Shown: piece after piece, positions 61,871-64,000 of the stretch
Layout: each line of letters starts with the position of its first letter
How positions within the stretch are numbered: the first letter of the stretch is position 1
Source: an uncultured delta proteobacterium
GTDB taxonomy: Bacteria; Desulfobacterota; Binatia; Binatales; Binataceae
Direction: 5' to 3'
Assembly (NCBI GenBank): GCA_963794325.1
Contig: CAWCDG010000004.1
Coordinates: forward strand, 1,504,001-1,568,000
Length of the DNA: 64,000 nucleotides
Notes under the pieces: generated by a model
What the model saw: only the letters and a program-made list of their open reading frames with translations
Database searches by the model: none
Told to the model about the DNA's origin: nothing
Program-made: the position numbers and the translations under genes

Positions 61871-62893
61871 ATGAAGAGAGTTCTTGTCACAGGGGCCGGT
61901 GGCTTCATTGGCCACCATCTTGTGAATTATCTCAAAAGCAAGAGCTACTGGGTGCGAGGCGCGGATCAGAAACACCCGGAGTATCAGGCGAGCGCAGCGG
62001 ACGATTTTGCGCTGCTGGACCTGCGCCGTTGGGAAGATTGCCTGAAGGCCACCGACGGTATCGACGAGGTGTACGCGCTGGCCGCGGACATGGGGGGAAT
62101 GGGGTATATCTCGGCGCATCATGCGGAGATTTTTCGCAACAATTCGTTGATCAACATTCACACGCTGGACGCTGCGCGCGAGAACGGCGCGAAACGCTAT
62201 CTCTACACTTCGTCGGCATGCGTTTATCCCGAGTACCGGCAGCACGATGCGAATGTCACGCCGCTGAAGGAAAGCGACGCTTACCCGGCGCAGCCCCAGG
62301 ATGCATACGGCTGGGAGAAGCTGGTGACCGAGAGGTTGTGCACGCACTACCAGGAAGATTTCGGGCTCGAAACGCGCATCGTGCGCTTCCACAATATTTT
62401 TGGACCGCTTGGCACCTGGGATGGAGGGCGCGAGAAGGCGCCCGCCGCGTTGTGCCGCAAGGTGTCTCACGCCAAGCATAGCGGCAATCATGAGATCGAG
62501 ATCTGGGGCGACGGCGAACAGACCCGATCGTTTTGTTACATCGACGATTGTGTGGACGGGATCTACCGGTTGATGCGCTCGGACTACAAGGAGCCGCTCA
62601 ATCTCGGCCAGGATCGATTAGTGACGGTCAACGAACTCGCCGATATGATCGCCGCAGTGGCGGGGATCAAAATAACCAGAAAGCACGTACCGGGACCTCA
62701 AGGAGTGCGCGGCCGCAATTCTGATAACACGCGCTTGCGTGAAGTCCTTGGTTGGGAGCCGCGGATAAGCCTGGAAGAAGGTCTCAAGCAGACTTATCAA
62801 TGGATCGATCGCCAGGTGCGTGCGGCGGAACGGCGCGGTGCGCCGGTGGCAATTGAGAATCCATCGAGTGCGGGACGCCGAGCGACAGTATAG
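61871..62893 (+). CDS. NAD-dependent epimerase, GDP-mannose 3,5-epimerase-like
   Basis: GAGGFIG, LAADMGGMG, SSACVYP, AYGWEK, GGREKAPAA and GVRGRNSDN, matching GME-type motifs. Confidence 0.88.
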   Translation: MKRVLVTGAGGFIGHHLVNYLKSKSYWVRGADQKHPEYQASAADDFALLDLRRWEDCLKATDGIDEVYALAADMGGMGYISAHHAEIFRNNSLINIHTLDAARENGAKRYLYTSSACVYPEYRQHDANVTPLKESDAYPAQPQDAYGWEKLVTERLCTHYQEDFGLETRIVRFHNIFGPLGTWDGGREKAPAALCRKVSHAKHSGNHEIEIWGDGEQTRSFCYIDDCVDGIYRLMRSDYKEPLNLGQDRLVTVNELADMIAAVAGIKITRKHVPGPQGVRGRNSDNTRLREVLGWEPRISLEEGLKQTYQWIDRQVRAAERRGAPVAIENPSSAGRRATV

Positions 62894-62902
62894 TAATCGC
62901 GC

Positions 62903-64000
62903 ATGGCAGGCGCAGAAAAGCAAAATGCCTTTTCCGCGGCGCCGACCGAGTCGGCACGTGAGTTGGACTTTTACGAGGAAGCTCGCGAAAGCGAACGTCC
63001 CGTCGAATCGAAAGTCCTGGTTGGTCGAACCCGGGTATTGTTCCTGAACCGTTCCTTTTGGCCCGACCGCGAAGCGACCGGTCAATTCCTCACCGAACTT
63101 TGCGACGACCTTTCGACAGACCATGAAGTTACAATCGTGGCAGGGCCGTCATATCACACCAAGGAGGGGAACCCTGGCGGCTTTCGTTTGTGGTCGCGCG
63201 AACGCCGCGGCAAGGTCACAATCATTCGCACCGCGGGCACCAGATTTTCAAAATCAAATCTCGCGGGCCGACTGGTCAATCTGGGCACCTACTACCTGTT
63301 GGCGGCGATAGTGGCTTACCGGCTGCCACGGCCGGATGTAATCGTTGCTGAGACCGATCCTCCATTGTTGGGCGCGCTCGCGGCAGTTTTGAAACGACGC
63401 TGGCGATGCCGGCTGGTTTACAATGTGCGGGACCTTTATCCCGACGTTGCGGAAGTCACCGGCGGTGTGCACAGCCCATTCCTGCTGGAGATGCTGCGGC
63501 GCGGCAACGAATACGCATACGAGCGCGCCGACCTGATCGTGACGCTCGGCCATGATATGGCGCGTCGAATCATGGGAAAAGGCGTCCCGACGGAAAAGGT
63601 GGTGGTGATTCCGGATTGGGTGGACTGTGGGCGAATCCGTCCGCTTGAGGGTAGTCAGTTGCGGCGAAGTTTTGGCAACAAGTTCGTCGTTATGTATTCG
63701 GGCAACGTAGGACTGACGCAGCAGCTCGAGGCGGTGCTCATGGCAGCCGACCGGCTGCGCGATGATCAGCGAATTTTGTTTGCTATAGTCGGCGAAGGCG
63801 CGCGGAAAAAGTGGCTCCAGGACCAGTCGGTCGCGATGGGACTGAACAACGTGAGCTTCATGGGGTATCAGCCGCTGGAGAGGCTTGGCGAGTCGCTGAG
63901 TGCCGCCGATCTCCATCTCATTCCGCTGGCGGAGGGTGTGGCTGGATGCCTGGTGCCAAGCAAGATTTATGGAATCCTGGCTGCGGGCCGGCCCTTCATC
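62903..64000 (+). CDS. Glycosyltransferase family 4 (WcaI/WbuB-like), 3' truncated by window edge
   Basis: Open frame from ATG 62903 to the window end: FLNRSFWPD..ATGQ, ETDPP, DLYPD, YSGNVG, PSKIYGILAAGRP. Absent from the ORF track because it has no stop. Confidence 0.88.
   Translation, partial: MAGAEKQNAFSAAPTESARELDFYEEARESERPVESKVLVGRTRVLFLNRSFWPDREATGQFLTELCDDLSTDHEVTIVAGPSYHTKEGNPGGFRLWSRERRGKVTIIRTAGTRFSKSNLAGRLVNLGTYYLLAAIVAYRLPRPDVIVAETDPPLLGALAAVLKRRWRCRLVYNVRDLYPDVAEVTGGVHSPFLLEMLRRGNEYAYERADLIVTLGHDMARRIMGKGVPTEKVVVIPDWVDCGRIRPLEGSQLRRSFGNKFVVMYSGNVGLTQQLEAVLMAADRLRDDQRILFAIVGEGARKKWLQDQSVAMGLNNVSFMGYQPLERLGESLSAADLHLIPLAEGVAGCLVPSKIYGILAAGRPFI

Overview
High-GC bacterial chromosomal window. 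The gene repertoire (DUF1302-like porin, Thr/Pro-rich secreted proteins, LLM and CoA-metabolism genes) suggests Candidatus Binatia or a related deltaproteobacteria-like lineage; this is inference, not verified. I saw no rRNA, tRNA, CRISPR array, integrase or transposase. Content in order: (1) 1-12 kb: end of an HlyD-family gene; an HMG-CoA-synthase-like/DUF35 fusion plus thiolase; a lower-GC islet (duplicated-domain secreted protein next to a stop-interrupted Cys/His amidase-like gene); acyl-CoA dehydrogenase, higBA, GFA, LLM, enoyl-CoA hydratase and an ABC-2 pair. (2) 12-21.4 kb: a sigma54-promoter-driven kdpFABC operon preceded by two extra small ORFs and followed by a split KdpD (N-terminal+USP only), a HAMP-PAS kinase and an NtrC-type activator instead of KdpE. 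(3) 21.8-28.6 kb: CoA-transferase, then a Fur/PerR-katG-rubrerythrin-FeS oxidoreductase-DUF3501 peroxide-defence locus. (4) 28.7-33 kb: a divergent Cys-rich secreted protein and a DUF1302-like outer-membrane protein. (5) 33 kb to the end: a >30 kb surface-glycan cluster headed by a NusG/RfaH paralog. It holds an SLBB export protein, lytic transglycosylase, Wzi, Wzz, Wzy, about 11 glycosyltransferases (4 tandem GT2 paralogs), FkbM, radical SAM, carbamoyltransferase and GDP-mannose 3,5-epimerase, plus unexpected members (S9 peptidase, mucin-like Kelch protein, a doubly coupled 38-aa ORF). Intergenic regions carry several REP-like hairpin families. Four genes show single-base +1 frameshifts in short homopolymers, probably sequencing errors.
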